Origin: Nemertoderma westbladi
Lineage: Eukaryota; Animalia; Xenacoelomorpha
Assembly (NCBI GenBank): GCA_032718475.1
Contig: JAUCBJ010001936.1
Span: forward strand, 1 to 64,000
Direction of reading: 5' to 3'
Length of the DNA stretch: 64,000 nucleotides
Part shown: positions 36,301 to 48,164 of the stretch, in pieces
How the letters are laid out: every line of letters begins with the position of its first letter
Position numbering within the stretch: position 1 is the first letter of the stretch
Position numbers and translations under genes: made by a program
Notes under the pieces: model-generated
What the model was told of the DNA's origin: nothing
Seen by the model: the letters and a program-made list of their open reading frames with translations, nothing else
The model's database searches: none

Positions 36301-39300
36301 CTGTTCACTACAGTACCATCGGTGATCTTCCACAGTAACCACAGTAACCACAGTAAACCCTTCCACTCTGTTTCCTAAAGGAATGCCTGTTCACCACCAT
36401 GGGTGATCTTCCACAGTAAACCCTTCCACCCTGTTTCCTAAAGGAATGCCTGTTCACCACCATGGGTGATCTTCCACAGTAAACCCTTCCTTTCTGTTTC
36501 CTAAAGGAATGCCTGTTCACCACCATGGCTGATCTTCCACAGTAAACTCTTCCACTCTGTTTCCTAAAGGAATGCCTGTTCACCACCATCGGTGATCTTC
36601 CACAGTAAACCCTTCCACTCTGTTTTCTAAAGGAATGCCTGTTCACCACCATGGGTGATCTTCCACAGTAAACTCTTCCACTCTGTTTCCTAAAGGAATG
36701 CCTGTTCACCACCATCGGTGATCTTCACAGTAAACCCTTCCACTCTGTTCCTAAAAGGAATGCCTGTTCACCACCATATGGGTGATCTTCCACAGTAAAC
36801 CCATTCCACTCTGCTTCCTTAAGGAATGCCTGTTCACCACCATGGGTGATCTTCCACAGTAAACCCTTCCACTCTGTTTCCTAAAGGAATGCCTGTTCAC
36901 CACCATGGCTCATCTTCCACAGTAAACCCTTCCACTCTGTTTCCTAAAGGAATGCCTGTTCACCACCATCGGTGATCTTCCACAGTAAACCCTTCCACTC
37001 TGTTTTCTAAAGGAATGCCTGTTCACCACCATCGGTGATCTTCAACAGTAAACCCTTCCACTCTGTTCCTAAAAGGAATGCCTGTTCACCACCATGGGTG
37101 ATCTTCCACAGTAAACCCTTCTACTCTGTTTCCTAAAGGAATGCCTGTTCACCACCATCGGTGATCTTCCACAGTAAACCCTTCCACTCTGTTCCTAAAG
37201 GGAATGCCTGCTCACCACCATGGGTGATCTTCCACAGTAAACCCTTCCACTCAGTTACTCTAAGGAATGCCCGTTCACCACCATGGGTGATCTTCCACAG
37301 TAAACCCTTCCACTCTGTTTCCTAAAGAAATGCCTGTTCACCACCATCGGTGATCTTCCACAGTAAACCCTTCCACTCTGTTCCTAAAAGGAATGCCTGT
37401 TCACCACCATGGGTGATCTTCCACAGTAAACCCTTCCACTCAGTTACCCTAAGGAATGCCCGTTCACCACCATGGGTGATCTTCCACAGTAAACATGCCT
37501 GTTCACCACCATGGGTGATCTTCCACAGTAAACCCTTACACTCAGTTACCCTAAGGAATGCCCTTTAACCACCATGGGTGATCTTCCACAGTAAACCCTC
37601 CCACTCTGTTTCCTAAAGGAATGCATGTTCACCACCATCGGTGATCTTCCACAGTAAACCCTTCCACTCTGTTCCTAAAAGGAATGCCTGTTCACCACCA
37701 TGGGTGATCTTCCACAGTAAACGCTTCCACTCAGTTACCCTAAGGAATGCCCGTTCACCACCATGGGTGATCTTCCACAGTAAACCCTTCCACTCTGTTT
37801 CCTAAATGAATGCCTGTTCACCACCATGGGTGATCTTCCATAGTAAACCCTTCCACTCTGTTTCCTAAAGGAATGCCTGTTCACCAGCATGGGTGATCTT
37901 CTACAGTAAACCCTTCCACTCTGTTTCCTAAAGGAATGCCTGTTCACCACCATGGGTGATCTTCCATAGTAAACCCTTCCACTCTGTTTCCTAAAGGAAT
38001 GCCTGTTCACCACCATGGGTGATCTTCCACAGCAAACCCTTCCACTCTGTTCCTAAAAGGAATGCCTGTTCACCACCATGGGTGATCTTCCACAGTAAAC
38101 CCTTCCACTCAGTTACCCTAAGGAATGCCCGTTCACCACCATGGGTGATCTTCCACAGTAAACGCTTCCACTCAGTTACCCTAAGGAATGCCCGTTCACC
38201 ACCATGGGTGATCTTCCACAGTAAACCCTTCCACTCTGTTTCCTAAATGAATGCCTGTTCACCACCATGGGTGATCTTCCATAGTAAACCCTTCCACTCT
38301 GTTTCCTAAAGGAATGCCTGTTCACCACCATGGGTGATCTTCCACAGTAAACCCTTCCACTCAGTTACCCTAAGGAATGCCCGTTCCCCACCATGGGTGA
38401 TCTTCCACAGTAAATCATTCCACTCTGTTTACTAAAAGAATGCCTGTTCACCACCCCGGGTGATCTTCCACAGTAAACCCTTCCACTCAGTTACCCTAAG
38501 GAATGCCCGTTCACCACCATGGGTGATCTTCCACAGTAAACCCTTCCACTCTGTTTACTAAAGGAATGCCTGTTCACCACCATGGGTGATCTTCCACAGT
38601 AAACCCCTCCACTCTGTTTCCTAAAGGAATGCCTGTTCTCCACCATGGGTGATCTTCCACAGTAAACCCTTCCACTCCTAAAGGAATGCCTGTTCACCAC
38701 CATGGGTGATCTTCCACAGTAAACCCTTCCACTCTGTTTACTAAAGGAATGCCTGTTCACCACCATGGGTGATCTTCCATAGTAAACCCTTCCACTCTGT
38801 TTCCTAAAGGAATGCCTGTTCACCACCATGGGTGATCTTCCACAGTAAACCCTTCCACTCTGTTTACTAAAGGAATGCCTGTTCACCACCACGGGTGATC
38901 TTCCACAGTAAACCCTTCCACTCAGTTACCCTAAGGAATGCCCGTTCACCACCATGGGTGATCTTCCACAGTAAACCCTTCCACTCTGTTTACTAAAGGA
39001 ATGCCTGTTCACCACCACGGGTGATCTTCCACAGTAAACCCTTCCACTCTGTTTCCTAAAGGAATACCTGTTCACCACCATCGGTGATCTTCCACAATAA
39101 ACCCTTCCACTCTGTTTCCTAAAGGAATGCCTGTTCACCACCATCGGTGATCTTCCACATTAAACCTTTCCACTCTGTTTCCTAAAGGAATGCCTGTTCA
39201 CCACCATGGGTGATCTTCCACATTAAACCTTTCCACTATGTTTCCTAAAGGAATGCCTGTTCACCACCATGGGTGATCTTCCACATTAAACCTTTCCACT

Positions 39301-42300
39301 ATGTTTCCTAAAGGAATGCCTGTTCACCACCATGGGTGATCTTACAGTAAACCCTTCCACTCTGTTTCCTAAAGGAATGCCTGTTCACCAGCATGGGTGA
39401 TCTTCTACAGTAAACCCTTCCACTCTGTTTCCTAAAGGAATGCCTGTTCACCACCATGGGTGATCTTCCATAGTAAACCCTTCCACTCTGTTTCCTAAAG
39501 GAATGCCTGTTCACCACCATGGGTGATCTTCCACAGCAAACCCTTCCACTCTGTTCCTAAAAGGAATGCCTGTTCACCACCATGGGTGATCTTCCACAGT
39601 AAACCCTTCCACTCAGTTACCCTAAGGAATGCCCGTTCACCACCATGGGTGATCTTCCACAGTAAACGCTTCCACTCAGTTACCCTAAGGAATGCCCGTT
39701 CACCACCATGGGTGATCTTCCACAGTAAACCCTTCCACTCTGTTTCCTAAATGAATGCCTGTTCACCACCATGGGTGATCTTCCATAGTAAACCCTTCCA
39801 CTCTGTTTCCTAAAGGAATGCCTGTTCACCACCATGGGTGATCTTCCACAGTAAACCCTTCCACTCAGTTACCCTAAGGAATGCCCGTTCCCCACCATGG
39901 GTGATCTTCCACAGTAAATCATTCCACTCTGTTTACTAAAAGAATGCCTGTTCACCACCCCGGGTGATCTTCCACAGTAAACCCTTCCACTCAGTTACCC
40001 TAAGGAATGCCCGTTCACCACCATGGGTGATCTTCCACAGTAAACCCTTCCACTCTGTTTACTAAAGGAATGCCTGTTCACCACCATGGGTGATCTTCCA
40101 CAGTAAACCCCTCCACTCTGTTTCCTAAAGGAATGCCTGTTCTCCACCATGGGTGATCTTCCACAGTAAACCCTTCCACTCCTAAAGGAATGCCTGTTCA
40201 CCACCATGGGTGATCTTCCACAGTAAACCCTTCCACTCTGTTTACTAAAGGAATGCCTGTTCACCACCATGGGTGATCTTCCATAGTAAACCCTTCCACT
40301 CTGTTTCCTAAAGGAATGCCTGTTCACCACCATGGGTGATCTTCCACAGTAAACCCTTCCACTCTGTTTACTAAAGGAATGCCTGTTCACCACCACGGGT
40401 GATCTTCCACAGTAAACCCTTCCACTCAGTTACCCTAAGGAATGCCCGTTCACCACCATGGGTGATCTTCCACAGTAAACCCTTCCACTCTGTTTACTAA
40501 AGGAATGCCTGTTCACCACCACGGGTGATCTTCCACAGTAAACCCTTCCACTCTGTTTCCTAAAGGAATACCTGTTCACCACCATCGGTGATCTTCCACA
40601 ATAAACCCTTCCACTCTGTTTCCTAAAGGAATGCCTGTTCACCACCATCGGTGATCTTCCACATTAAACCTTTCCACTCTGTTTCCTAAAGGAATGCCTG
40701 TTCACCACCATGGGTGATCTTCCACATTAAACCTTTCCACTATGTTTCCTAAAGGAATGCCTGTTCACCACCATGGGTGATCTTCCACATTAAACCTTTC
40801 CACTATGTTTCCTAAAGGAATGCCTGTTCACCACCATGGGTGATCTTACAGTAAACCCTTCCACTCCGTTTCCTTAAGGAATGCCTGTTCACCACCATGG
40901 GTGATCTTCCACAGTAAACCCCTCCACTCTGTTTCCTAAAGGAATGCCTGTTCTCCACCATAGGTGATCTTCCACAGTAAAGCCTTCCACTATGTTTCCT
41001 AAAGGAATGCCTGTTCTCCACCATGGGTGATCTTCCACAGTAAAGCCTTCCACTCTGTTTACTAAAGGAATGCCTGTTCACCACCATGAGTGATCTTCCA
41101 CAGTAAACCCTTCCACTCCGTTTCCTAAAGGAATGCCTGTTCACCACTACGGGTGATCTTCCACATTAAACCTTTCCACTCTGTTTCCTAAAGGAATGCC
41201 TGTTCACCACCATGGGTGATCTTCCACATTAAACCTTTCCACTATGTTTCCTAAAGGAATGCCTGTTCACCACCATGGGTGATCTTCGACATTAAACCTT
41301 TCCACTTTGTTTCCTAAAGGAATGCCTGTTCACCACCACGGGTGATCTTCCACAGTAAACCCTTCCACTCTGTTTCCTAAAGGAATGCCTGTTCACCACC
41401 ATGGGTGATCTTCCACATTAAACCTTTCCACTATGTTTCCTAAAGGAATGCCTGTTCACCACCATGGGTGATCTTCGACATTAAACCTTTCCACTATGTT
41501 TCCTAAAGGAATGCCTGTTCACCACCACGGGTGATCTACCAAAGTAAACCCTTCCACTCTCTTTCCTAAAGGAATGCCTGTTCATCACCATGGGTGATCT
41601 TCCACAGTAAACCCTTCCACTCTGTTTCCTAAAGGAATGCCTGTTCACGACCATGGGTGATCTTCCACAGTAAACCCTTCCATTCTGTTTCCTAAAGGAA
41701 TGCCTGTTCACCACCATTGATGATATTCCACAGTAAACCCTTCCACTCTGTTTCCTAAAGGAATGCCTGTTCACCACCATGGGTGATCTTCCACAGTAAA
41801 CCCTTCCACTCTGTTTCCTAAAGGAATGCCTGTTCACCACCATTGATGATCTTCCACAGTAAACCCTTCCACTCTGTTTCCCAAAGGAATGCCTGTTCAC
41901 CACCATGCGTGATCTTCCACAGTAAACCCTTCCACTCCGTTTCCTAAAGGAATGCCTGTTCACCACCATCGGTGAACTTCCACATTAAACCTTTCCACTC
42001 TGTTTCCTAAAGGAATGCCTGTTCACCACCATGGGTGATCTTCCACATTAAACCTTTCCATTATGTTTCCTAAAGGAATGCCTGTTCACCACCATGGGTG
42101 ATCTTCCACATTAATCCCTTTCACTCTGTTTCCTAAAGGAATGCCTGTTCACCACCAAGGGTGATCTTCCACAGTAAACCCTTCCACTCTGTTTACTAAA
42201 GGAATGCCTGTTCACCACCATGGGTGATCTTCCACAGTAAACCCTTCCACTCCTTTTACTAAAGTAATGCCTGTTCACCACGATGGGTGATCTTTCACAG

Positions 42301-43486
42301 TAAACCCTTCCACTCCTTTTACTAAAGGGATGCCTGTTCACCACCATGGGTGATCTTCCACAGTAAACCCTTCCACTCTGTTTACTAAAGGAATGCCTGT
42401 TCACCACCATGGGTGATCTTCCACAGTAAACCCTTCCGCTCTGTTTCCCAAAGGAATGCCTGTTCACCACCATGGGTGATCTTCCACAGTAAACCCTTCC
42501 ACTCTGTTTACTAAAGGAATGCCTGTTCACCACCATGGGTGATCTTCCACAGTAAACCCTTCCACTCCTTTTACTAAAGTAATGCCTGTTCACCACGATG
42601 GGTGATCTTCCACAGTAAACCCTTCCACTCTGTTTACTATAGGAATGCCTGTTCACCACCATGGGTGATCTTCCACAGTAAACCCTTCCACTCTGTTTCC
42701 TAAAGGAATGCCTGTTCACCACCATGGGTGATCTTCCACAGTAAACCCTTCCACTCTGTTTCCTAAAGGAATGCCTGTTCACCACCATGGGTGATCTTCC
42801 ACAGTAAACCCTTCCACTATGTTTCCTAAAGGAATGCCTGTTCTCCACCATGGGTGATCTTCCACAGTAAAGCCTTCCACTCTGTTTACTAAAGGAATGC
42901 CTGTTCTCCACCATGGGTGATCTTCCACAGTAAAGCCTTCCACTCTGTTTACTAAAGGAATGCCTGTTCTCCACAATGGGTGATCTTCCACAGTAAAGCC
43001 TTCCACTCTGTATACTAAAGGAATGCCTGTTCACCACCATGGGTGATCTTCCACAGTAAACCCTTCCACTCTGTTTACTAAAGGAATGCCTGTTCACCAC
43101 CATGGGTGATCTTCCACAGTAAACCCTTCCACTCCTTTTACTAAAGTAATGCCTGTTCACCACGATGGGTGATCTTCCACAGTAAACCCTTCCACTCCTT
43201 TTACTAAAGGAATGCCTGTTCACCACCATGGGTGATCTTCCACAGTAAACCCTTCCACTCTGTTTACTAAAGGAATGCCTGTTCACCACCATGGGTGATC
43301 TTCCACAGTAAACCCTTCCACTCTGTTTCCTAAAGGAATGCCTGTTCACCACCATGGGTGATCTTCCACAGTAAACCCTTCCACTCTGTTTACTAAAGGA
43401 ATGCCTGTTCACCACCATGGGTGATCTTTCACAGTAAACCCTTCCACTCTGTTTACTAAAGGAATGCCTGTTCACCACCATGGGTG
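36301..43486. repeat. 63-bp satellite, left block (SLC25A1 intron 3)
   Basis: Unit CACCACCATGGGTGATCTTCCACAGTAAACCCTTCCACTCTGTTTCCTAAAGGAATGCCTGTT. This block is more diverged and has small indels and a 1504-bp higher-order duplication. Confidence 0.99.
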
Positions 43487-46400
43487 TGTTGAAAGTGGAC
43501 GATTAAATAATGTACTCTAAGGTGGGCGGGAAATTCAAAACTGTCCTTTTGACTATGATCTATATATGACTGGATTATACCGTACCGGTCCGGTTTTGTT
43601 CTATAACTTTTGTACTTTGTCTGCAGTACCTTCCATGTAATGGTTCTGCATTATGTACAATATACTGTAACCCTACAATAAACTGCTGGTGTATGTAATC
43701 CCAATATTTCCCTATTTGTTCTGCCGGATAAAATTCAACAGGTTATGGGCCCAGGCTGCTAAACCACTACCGGGAATAAAATTAGTGCAGGGAAGTTTCA
43801 AATATTGGGATAGGTAAATTACCCAGTAAAAGCTGTAACAAACTCGCATTTTGAGAATGTCGGAGGTAACCATAAAGGATGAATTTCGCATTGCTAAATT
43901 CAATGGCGAAAACTACCACGACTGGAAATTCCAAATGGAACTATTGTTGATAGCTAAGGATTTATGGGGTTATGCGGACGGTACCGAGGTTCTGGATCCG
44001 GCTGCCGAGGATGCTAGGCGTACAGCATTTAGGCGAGGCGACAATCGAGCAAGGGCGATTATTTGCCTAAACATGGAAACTGATCAACAGGTTTATGTCC
44101 GGAATGCTACGACTGCCAAGGAGGCATGGACAAGCCTAAGGGATCATTTCGAAAAGACTACGTTGGCACATGTGGTCATGTATAGGCGTCGATTGTACAA
44201 TTTAATACTGAAGGAAGGCGATTCAGTATTAACGCATGTGAATGAGATTAGAAAACTCTCAGATCATTTACGGGAAATAGGCGATCCCGTACAGGAGCGG
44301 GACTTGATTGTTATTCTGTTGTCTAGTCTTCCACCATTATTCGCGAGTCTGGTAACGTCACTTGAAGGTTCAGACTTGGATACACTGACCTGGGGATCAG
44401 TTCGCGATCGGTGTCTGCATGAGGAAGAGAAAAGTAAACAGTTTATTAATCGAGATAAACTGACTGAAAATGCCTTCACAGCATCTGCTGGTGGAAGTTC
44501 GACAAAGAAAAGTCCAATGTTTAAAAGCCCCAGTAGCAGTAGCCACAATAAAAAATCTGGAGGTGGGGATAAACCTGGTAAATGCTATAATTGCGGTAAT
44601 AAGGGGCACTGGAAACGTGACTGCTATAAGCCACCAAAATTTGGTCAAAAGGGTAAACAGTCAAGTTTGGGACAAAATGAACATGCTGAGGTTGCAGAGG
44701 AAAATGGTATGGAGTGCGGCATTGCTCTGATTACCTCAATGACAGGAACTGCAGATTGGTGTATAGATTCCGGAGCATCACAGCATATGACATTTGATAA
44801 ATCGAAATATAATTCATTCAAGGAGTTGGAGCCACCACGTCCAATTCTGCTGGGCGATAATCGGGTTGTTAATGCTGTTGGAACAGGAAATATACACATA
44901 GAGGTCGCTGTTGAGGGTAAATTGCGCTCTATTACTTTAAAAGATGTGTTGTACCTACCTGAGCTTAGGAGAAACTTATTTTCTGTACGTGCTGCTAATA
45001 AAGTTGCTAAAGGTGTGGAAGTCATATTCACCAATGACGAATGTATAGTGATGGTAAATGGCTGTAAGGAAATCATTGGAAAACTCAATGGTAAACTCTA
45101 CCAATTCCATGAGAATGATTATTTGAATATCGCAGCTGAGAAAGTTGATATAAATTTGTGGCACCAGCGATATGGACATTTAAATTATGATAGTTTAAAA
45201 CAACTAATAAATAAGAACATGATTTCCGGAATGAAGATGGCTGGAGAAAATGATAAGCTATGCGAGTCTTGTATAATTGGGAAACACCATCGATTACCAT
45301 TTCCTACCAAGGAAGCTGAATCCAAGGAACGTGAAATACTGGAGCTAGTGCATAGTGACGTATGTGGACCGTTGCCGACTGAATCCATAGGGGGGTCTCG
45401 ATATTTTGTCACATTTACCGATGACCGATCTCGATACATAATGGAATTCTGTATACGAAATAAGAGCAGTGTATTTGAGAAGTTCAAAGAATATGTAGCT
45501 ACTGCTGAAAATGCTACAGGAAAAAGGGTAAAAATTCTCAGAAGTGACAACGGTGGGGAATACACATCAAATGAATTCAATAATTATTGTTTGGAACGAG
45601 GTATTCAACGAGAATTCAGTGTACCACATACTCCACAGCAGAATGGGATAGCTGAAAGGCTAAATCGAACACTAATGGAAAGTGTAAGATCAATGCTCCA
45701 TAACTCTTCATTGCCTAAGTGTTTCTGGGCGGAAGCCGTCAGTACGGCTGTATACTTAAGGAATCGGAGTCCAACGTCAGTTATTAGAGGAAAGACTCCA
45801 TATGAAGTTTGGCATGACCACAAACCAGACGTAAGTAATCTGCGAGTATTTGGTTGTGATGCTTACATTCATATCCCTGATAAGACAAGGAAGAAATTGG
45901 ATGCAAAATCCATTCGGTGCAGATTCGTTGGTTACTGCAACGAACATAAAGGTTACAAATTCTTCTGTCCAGAATCTAAGAAGATGTTGGTTAGTAGAGA
46001 TGTAAAGTTTATTGAGAATAACTTTGCGAAAACTGCAAAGGAGGTGTACGATGAATTAGGTGATAGTCATGTATTCAGTATCCCACAGAATACTGAAACT
46101 AGAGATCCAGTGGGAGCCCAGCATCTGTATGGTGATGATGGCCATAATGTAGTGGCTGGAGGGGCCCCAATAGAGATTAATAGATATCCGCGCCGTGAAC
46201 ATAGAGAGCCGGAATCGGATCCAGGGGTCATTCGGGGAAACTGGTGGGAAACACGTGATTGGCGACATGACCCAATACCTCAAGCTTCAGACAATGCAGA
46301 ATTCGCCATGATAATCGAGTCGGACGAGCCACGAACCTACAATGAGGCTTCACAGGGTCCATATAATAAACAATGGAAGGAAGCAATGGACAATGAAATA

Positions 46401-48164
46401 AACTCACTGACTGAAAATAATACGTGGAATTTGGTAGAACTACCAAATGACAAGAATCTCGTAGGGAGCAAATTGACCTACAAGATTAAACGGGATAGCA
46501 AAGGGAATGTCAGTAGATTCAAGGCACGATTGGTAGCTCAGGGCTACTCACAGAAACAAGGAATTGATTTTAAAGAAGTATTTGCCCCTGTTGCACGCTA
46601 CAGTTCAATTCGACTTCTATTAGCTATTACGAATGAACTTAACCTGGATGTGCACCAGTTAGATGTCAAGACAGCTTTTTTAAATGGGGTGATTGATTCA
46701 AATATATACATGAAGCAGCCACAGGGATACATAGATAAGGAATACCCTAACTCTGTTTGTAAACTAAATAGAAGTATATATGGGTTGAAACAATCAGCAC
46801 GTCTCTGGAATAGGAGACTTGATAAAGTCCTTAAAGGAGGGGGTTACAGACAATCGGGGGCTGATAACTGTATTTATGTTAAGAAAGTAGATAACAGATT
46901 CATCCTATTGTCAGTATACGTGGATGACTTGATTATTGCATCAAATTGCATCGATCTACTCAATGAAGAGAAAGCACTATTGATGTCAAAGTTTCAGATG
47001 ACTGATCAAGGTGAGATAGAATATATACTAGGAATGGTTATCACAAGGAATCGTCAATCGAAGGAAATGTCAATTTCTCAGAGTCAATACCTGAAAGGCA
47101 TCTTGTACCGCTTTGGGATGGACTGTTGTAATCCAGTGTTAACTCCTATGGAAGTTAATGCGAAGTTTGATAAACTCGCAGATGATGATGAGGGTATCGA
47201 TACTGCACTGTACCAAGCAGTTATTGGAAGCTTGCTATATGTCGCGATTGGAACTAGACCAGATATTGCTCAGGCTGTGGGCGTTTTATCTCATTTTGTA
47301 TCTAAACCTGGAGCGACACACTGGGCAGGCATCAAGCGTTTACTACGATACATAAAGGGGACAGTGGATTACGGAATCAAATTCGTTGGAAACGACAATG
47401 GACTATTGGTCGGATATTGTGATTCTGACTGGGCTGGGGACGAGTCAAATCGCAAATCCACATCTGGTTATGTGTTTACATTCAATGGAGGGGCCATAAG
47501 TTGGCAAAGTAAACAACAACCTGTTGTTGCGTTATCAACCACTGAGGCTGAATACATTGCTCTAACTTCAGCATGCCAAGAATACATCTGGTTGAGCAGA
47601 TTGCTGGTTGATATTGGGATGGCTCATCTCAATAGCGGAACTATATATGAGGATAACCAGGGGGCGATTGCGTTGGCTAAGAATCCAATTCAACATCGTC
47701 GAACGAAGCACATAGATATCCGCTACCACTTCATCAGGGAGAAGATCGAGAATGGTGAAGTGGATATTAAATACTGCCCAACTCAAAACATGATGGCTGA
47801 TATTCTCACAAAGGGACTAGCACGGGAGAAATTCTTAGGATTACGCCATAAACTGGGTGTAATGAACCAAATAGTTCCCTAACTCACGAGATAATTGAAT
47901 CGAGTGGGAGTGTTGAAAGTGGACGATTAAATAATGTACTCTAAGGTGGGCGGGAAATTCAAAACTGTCCTTTTGACTATGATCTATATATGACTGGATT
48001 ATACCGTACCGGTCCGGTTTTGTTCTATAACTTTTGTACTTTGTCTGCAGTACCTTCCATGTAATGGTTCTGCATTATGTACAATATACTGTAACCCTAC
48101 AATAAACTGCTGGTGTATGTAATCCCAATATTTCCCTATTTGTTCTGCCGGATAAAATTCAACA
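43487..48164 (+). mobile_element. Intact Ty1/Copia LTR retrotransposon, 4678 bp
   Basis: Identical 254-bp LTRs with TG...CA ends (43487-43740 and 47911-48164), 5-bp TSD GGGTG (43482-43486 and 48165-48169), PBS GGTTATGGGCCCAG at 43741 and PPT GAGTGGGAG before the 3' LTR. Confidence 0.99.
43857..47882 (+). CDS. Copia Gag-Pol polyprotein (Gag, protease, integrase, RT, RNase H)
   Basis: Uninterrupted ORF with zinc knuckle CYNCGNKGHWKRDC, protease IDSGAS, integrase HHCC plus VHSDVCGP/SDNGGEY/AERLNRTL, RT YVDD, and RNase H DSDWAG/EAEY/ADILTK. Integrase before RT is the Copia order. First ATG at 43857. Confidence 0.98.
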   Translation: MSEVTIKDEFRIAKFNGENYHDWKFQMELLLIAKDLWGYADGTEVLDPAAEDARRTAFRRGDNRARAIICLNMETDQQVYVRNATTAKEAWTSLRDHFEKTTLAHVVMYRRRLYNLILKEGDSVLTHVNEIRKLSDHLREIGDPVQERDLIVILLSSLPPLFASLVTSLEGSDLDTLTWGSVRDRCLHEEEKSKQFINRDKLTENAFTASAGGSSTKKSPMFKSPSSSSHNKKSGGGDKPGKCYNCGNKGHWKRDCYKPPKFGQKGKQSSLGQNEHAEVAEENGMECGIALITSMTGTADWCIDSGASQHMTFDKSKYNSFKELEPPRPILLGDNRVVNAVGTGNIHIEVAVEGKLRSITLKDVLYLPELRRNLFSVRAANKVAKGVEVIFTNDECIVMVNGCKEIIGKLNGKLYQFHENDYLNIAAEKVDINLWHQRYGHLNYDSLKQLINKNMISGMKMAGENDKLCESCIIGKHHRLPFPTKEAESKEREILELVHSDVCGPLPTESIGGSRYFVTFTDDRSRYIMEFCIRNKSSVFEKFKEYVATAENATGKRVKILRSDNGGEYTSNEFNNYCLERGIQREFSVPHTPQQNGIAERLNRTLMESVRSMLHNSSLPKCFWAEAVSTAVYLRNRSPTSVIRGKTPYEVWHDHKPDVSNLRVFGCDAYIHIPDKTRKKLDAKSIRCRFVGYCNEHKGYKFFCPESKKMLVSRDVKFIENNFAKTAKEVYDELGDSHVFSIPQNTETRDPVGAQHLYGDDGHNVVAGGAPIEINRYPRREHREPESDPGVIRGNWWETRDWRHDPIPQASDNAEFAMIIESDEPRTYNEASQGPYNKQWKEAMDNEINSLTENNTWNLVELPNDKNLVGSKLTYKIKRDSKGNVSRFKARLVAQGYSQKQGIDFKEVFAPVARYSSIRLLLAITNELNLDVHQLDVKTAFLNGVIDSNIYMKQPQGYIDKEYPNSVCKLNRSIYGLKQSARLWNRRLDKVLKGGGYRQSGADNCIYVKKVDNRFILLSVYVDDLIIASNCIDLLNEEKALLMSKFQMTDQGEIEYILGMVITRNRQSKEMSISQSQYLKGILYRFGMDCCNPVLTPMEVNAKFDKLADDDEGIDTALYQAVIGSLLYVAIGTRPDIAQAVGVLSHFVSKPGATHWAGIKRLLRYIKGTVDYGIKFVGNDNGLLVGYCDSDWAGDESNRKSTSGYVFTFNGGAISWQSKQQPVVALSTTEAEYIALTSACQEYIWLSRLLVDIGMAHLNSGTIYEDNQGAIALAKNPIQHRRTKHIDIRYHFIREKIENGEVDIKYCPTQNMMADILTKGLAREKFLGLRHKLGVMNQIVP

